From Candidatus Cloacimonadales bacterium (GTDB lineage Bacteria; Cloacimonadota; Cloacimonadia; Cloacimonadales; DAONDQ01), in assembly GCA_963662275.1 (NCBI GenBank), contig OY759316.1:2880001-2944000 (forward strand): a stretch of 64,000 nt of DNA, given 5' to 3'. Numbering within the stretch: the first letter of the stretch is position 1; every line of letters begins with the position of its first letter. Shown here one piece after another: positions 60,925 through 64,000 of the stretch. A model generated the notes under the pieces. The model was not told where the DNA came from and searched no databases. It saw nothing but the letters and a program-made list of their open reading frames with translations. Position numbers and translations under genes: made by a program.

Positions 60925-60940
60925 TGGAACCTATCTTGCA
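60925..60940 (+). promoter_or_regulatory. Sigma-54 -24/-12 promoter
   Basis: TGGAAC-CTATC-TTGCA, ~150 nt after the activator gene. Confidence 0.72.
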
Positions 60941-60953
60941 CTCTCTCCTTAGT

Positions 60954-61166
60954 ATGAATAAAAATAAAAGCAAAAACAACACTCCTAAAGTCAGTCCCAT
61001 CATAGAAACTACTGATGAGACTGGAAGAAAACTGTTAGGTTTTACCATCATACTGGCAGATGCTAGTTTCGAAAACACTGTGGTTGAGTTTACAAAAGAG
61101 AATCATGACCAGGTATATGCTGAATTGAAGCAACTTCGAATGAAAAAAATAAAATCTATTAAATAG
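60954..61166 (+). CDS. Small hypothetical protein (70 aa)
   Basis: ATG lies just after the predicted sigma-54 start site, and the ORF ends 13 nt before the next gene. No SD sequence. Confidence 0.4.
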   Translation: MNKNKSKNNTPKVSPIIETTDETGRKLLGFTIILADASFENTVVEFTKENHDQVYAELKQLRMKKIKSIK

Positions 61167-61179
61167 CAAAGGAGAGAAC

Positions 61180-64000
61180 ATGAAAGCATCAAAGTTCAAA
61201 GTTTTTATGCTGACAATTCTTATCATCATGTTAGCTGGCAGCCTATTTGGTGAGACCATCTATAATGAAACGATCGGAAGCGCAGGCACAACCACAGGAG
61301 TCAGCTCTTATACCGGTTGGCTGAATTACGGTACGGTAACCTACACCGGAACAACTGATGCCAGAAACACCTATACTTCCACTGGTGATTATACCGGTGC
61401 CAGTGGTGGCGGCAATGTGTATTTTGTCGGTGGTTCCTCAGACTATTTGCAGATAGCCGGTATCAATACTTTAGGCTATACAAACATCAGGCTGGCTTGT
61501 GGAATTTACAAAACCAATTCCAACACAAATACATCCAATGCTGAAAACGGTTCCAATTTCCAGATCAGGTATAGCACTGACGGAACTACCTGGTCATCTC
61601 CTTTAGCCTACACCTTGCCTACAGGCGCAGGTACAGATGCAACGTATTTTTGGATTACCTTTAACGAAGCTTTGCCCGCAGTGGCAAGTTTGTATCTGAA
61701 ATTCACCGATGTGGGTGCATCTGAAGCTATTCACTTCAGGCTGGATGACATTACTCTCACAGGTACCACCTTCAATCTCTACAATGAAACAGTGGGAGTT
61801 GGAGCAAATTACACTCCCATATCTAGTTATTCCGGATGGTCAAACACATCGCCGATTTCCTATGTGGGCACTTCAACTGTAGATAATTCCTACACATCTG
61901 CTGGTTCTTATTCCAATGCCACAGGCACAGGAAATGTCTATATATCAAACGGTACTTACTTCCAGATCGAAGGACTCAATACAGCAGGTTATAGTGATCT
62001 CTGGCTTTCTTTCGCTGTGCATAAAGACACTGGTTCAGAAACGGGTACAAATCTGAAAGTGGAAGCGTATGATGGTTCAACTCTTACCGGGACATACTAT
62101 GTTAATATTCCCACTAGTTCCGGAGATATCTGGATCAATCGGACAATTAGCACTGCCCTTCCTGCAACAGCAACTCTTATACTGAAGTTTTCAGATATAC
62201 ATGCCAGCAGGGACTTCAGGATCGATGATATCAGGATTCGGGCTGGAATCAAAACGCCAGATATATCCTCGCCTATATGTTTAGGTAAATTGAATACTAA
62301 TGCTCTGCTGGGAGCAAGCATTACTGCATTTAACAACAGTAATGCCACGGAAAGAGGTATCTACTACTCTACAACCAGCGGTTTTGCCGATGGTACTGGG
62401 ACCAAAGTGTCAGTAACAGGAACATTCAGTGTTACAGGTGCGTTCACTATAAATGTCACAGGGCTAACTGAAAATACCGTTTATTATTATAAAGGCTTTG
62501 CTACAAATGCTGCCGGAAGCAGTTATACTAGTCAGGCAACTTTTACAACTAGGAATATCTATCCCCCAACATTAACCCTGCCTACTGCTACGGATATAAC
62601 CAATACCACCGCAGTCCTGGGAGCAAGCATCACAGCTCTGAATAATGACAATGCCTTCGCCAAGGGTATCGTCTACTCCACAATAGATGGCTTTTCCGAA
62701 AACACTGGGACTTTTGTGAGCACATCCTGCTATATCAGTCAACCCACTGCTTTTACCATGAATGTTACAGGGCTGTCGCCAAATACAGTGTACTATTACA
62801 AAGGCTTAGCAGTAAATAATGCCGGTGAAGGGTTTACAGCGCAGGCATCTTTTACAACGGCAAATGTCGTGCCGACTCTAACACTTCCTACAGCCATCAG
62901 CATCACTAATACAACGGCGGTACTTGGAGCCAGCATTACTGCCCTGAACGGCAGCACAGCAACTGAAAGAGGCATCTACTACTCTACCACCAGCGGTTTT
63001 GCTGATGGCACAGGCACCAAGGTCTCTACTACAGGAACATACAGTTCCACCGGCGCATTCACAATGAATGTAACAGGGCTGGTTGTAAATACTGTTTATT
63101 TTTATAAAGGCTTTGCCACTGATGATGCGGGTACCGGATATACTGCCCAGGCTACATTTACCACTACCAATATCCTGCCTCCAACGGTAACGTTGCCTAC
63201 TGCTGCCAGCATTACGAATACAACTGCAGTTTTGGGGGCAAGTATTACGGCATTTAACGGCAGTTATGTAACAGAAAGAGGCATCTACTACTCAACGACA
63301 AGTGGTTTTGCCGATGGTTCCGGCACTAAGGTCTCTGAAACAGGGACATTTATCAGTACTGGTGCTTTTACCCTTAATGTTACCGGTTTATCAGCAAATA
63401 CGGTGTACTACTATAAGGGTTTTGCCACGAATGATACCGGTACTCAATTTACTACCCAGGAAACTTTCACAACTACCAATGCCTTACCACCGACAGTAAC
63501 GTTGCCTACTGCTGCAAGCGTAACGAATACAACAGCCATCCTGGAAGCTAACATCAGTTCTCTTAATAATGGTAATGTAACTGAAAGAGGTATCTTCTAT
63601 TCAACAACGAGTGGTTTTGCCGATGGCACCGGAACAAAAGTGTCTGAAACAGGTACGTTCAGTTCCACCGGAGTTTTTACAATCAATGTTACCGGTTTGT
63701 CCCCAAATACTTTGTACTTTTACAAAGGTTTCGCCACTAATGCGGGTGGAAGTGGATACTCCGCTCAGGCTTCCTTTACCACTACCAATGTCTTCCCGCC
63801 AACGGTAACATCACCTACAGCCACGGGGATTACATATACATCAGCGGTTCTGGGTGCAAATATTACTGCCCTGAACGATAGCCTTGTCACTGAAAGAGGC
63901 TTCTACTACTCCACTACCAGCGGCTTTGCAGATGGCACTGGGACCAAAGTATCGGAAACAGGGACATTCAGTACCACCGGGGCTTTCACATTTAATGTCA
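61180..64000 (+). CDS. Large secreted Thr/Gly-rich protein with tandem ~102-103-aa Fn3-like repeats; partial, runs off the window
   Basis: ATG 61180 after AAAGGAG; signal peptide MKASKFKVFMLTILIIMLAGSLFG. The repeat TERGIYYSTTSGFADGTGTKV...VTGL..NTVYYYKGFATN recurs every ~306-309 bp from ~62250. Frame spot-checked at 61261, 62341 and 63901. Confidence 0.85.
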   Translation, partial: MKASKFKVFMLTILIIMLAGSLFGETIYNETIGSAGTTTGVSSYTGWLNYGTVTYTGTTDARNTYTSTGDYTGASGGGNVYFVGGSSDYLQIAGINTLGYTNIRLACGIYKTNSNTNTSNAENGSNFQIRYSTDGTTWSSPLAYTLPTGAGTDATYFWITFNEALPAVASLYLKFTDVGASEAIHFRLDDITLTGTTFNLYNETVGVGANYTPISSYSGWSNTSPISYVGTSTVDNSYTSAGSYSNATGTGNVYISNGTYFQIEGLNTAGYSDLWLSFAVHKDTGSETGTNLKVEAYDGSTLTGTYYVNIPTSSGDIWINRTISTALPATATLILKFSDIHASRDFRIDDIRIRAGIKTPDISSPICLGKLNTNALLGASITAFNNSNATERGIYYSTTSGFADGTGTKVSVTGTFSVTGAFTINVTGLTENTVYYYKGFATNAAGSSYTSQATFTTRNIYPPTLTLPTATDITNTTAVLGASITALNNDNAFAKGIVYSTIDGFSENTGTFVSTSCYISQPTAFTMNVTGLSPNTVYYYKGLAVNNAGEGFTAQASFTTANVVPTLTLPTAISITNTTAVLGASITALNGSTATERGIYYSTTSGFADGTGTKVSTTGTYSSTGAFTMNVTGLVVNTVYFYKGFATDDAGTGYTAQATFTTTNILPPTVTLPTAASITNTTAVLGASITAFNGSYVTERGIYYSTTSGFADGSGTKVSETGTFISTGAFTLNVTGLSANTVYYYKGFATNDTGTQFTTQETFTTTNALPPTVTLPTAASVTNTTAILEANISSLNNGNVTERGIFYSTTSGFADGTGTKVSETGTFSSTGVFTINVTGLSPNTLYFYKGFATNAGGSGYSAQASFTTTNVFPPTVTSPTATGITYTSAVLGANITALNDSLVTERGFYYSTTSGFADGTGTKVSETGTFSTTGAFTFNV

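Overview
This is an AT-rich bacterial window. The secreted proteins ending in YPNPF...IYNIRGQ sorting domains suggest the FCB group, plausibly Ca. Cloacimonadota (inference). It holds ettA, a ytrA-like GntR/ABC/permease/sppA operon, several T9SS/FlgD-type secreted proteins, and two TPR sigma-54 activators, each followed by a TGGAAC-N5-TTGC promoter and a secreted target. There are four mobile elements (IS110, a DDE IS, IS1182, and a tyrosine recombinase plus IS91-like HUH transposase), a HEPN gene pair and many intergenic repeat families. Highlights: (1) a ~3,300-aa surface protein with 10 FGE-sulfatase/CLec-fold domains, two of whose internal tails carry a DGR-like codon signature although no RT or template repeat is visible here; (2) a seven-copy, strand-asymmetric hairpin family with compensatory stem changes and a variable ~27-31-nt loop; (3) a REP-like palindrome embedded in frame in two paralogous secretion domains. 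No rRNA, tRNA or CRISPR array was recognised. All calls come from reading motifs by eye, without database searches.
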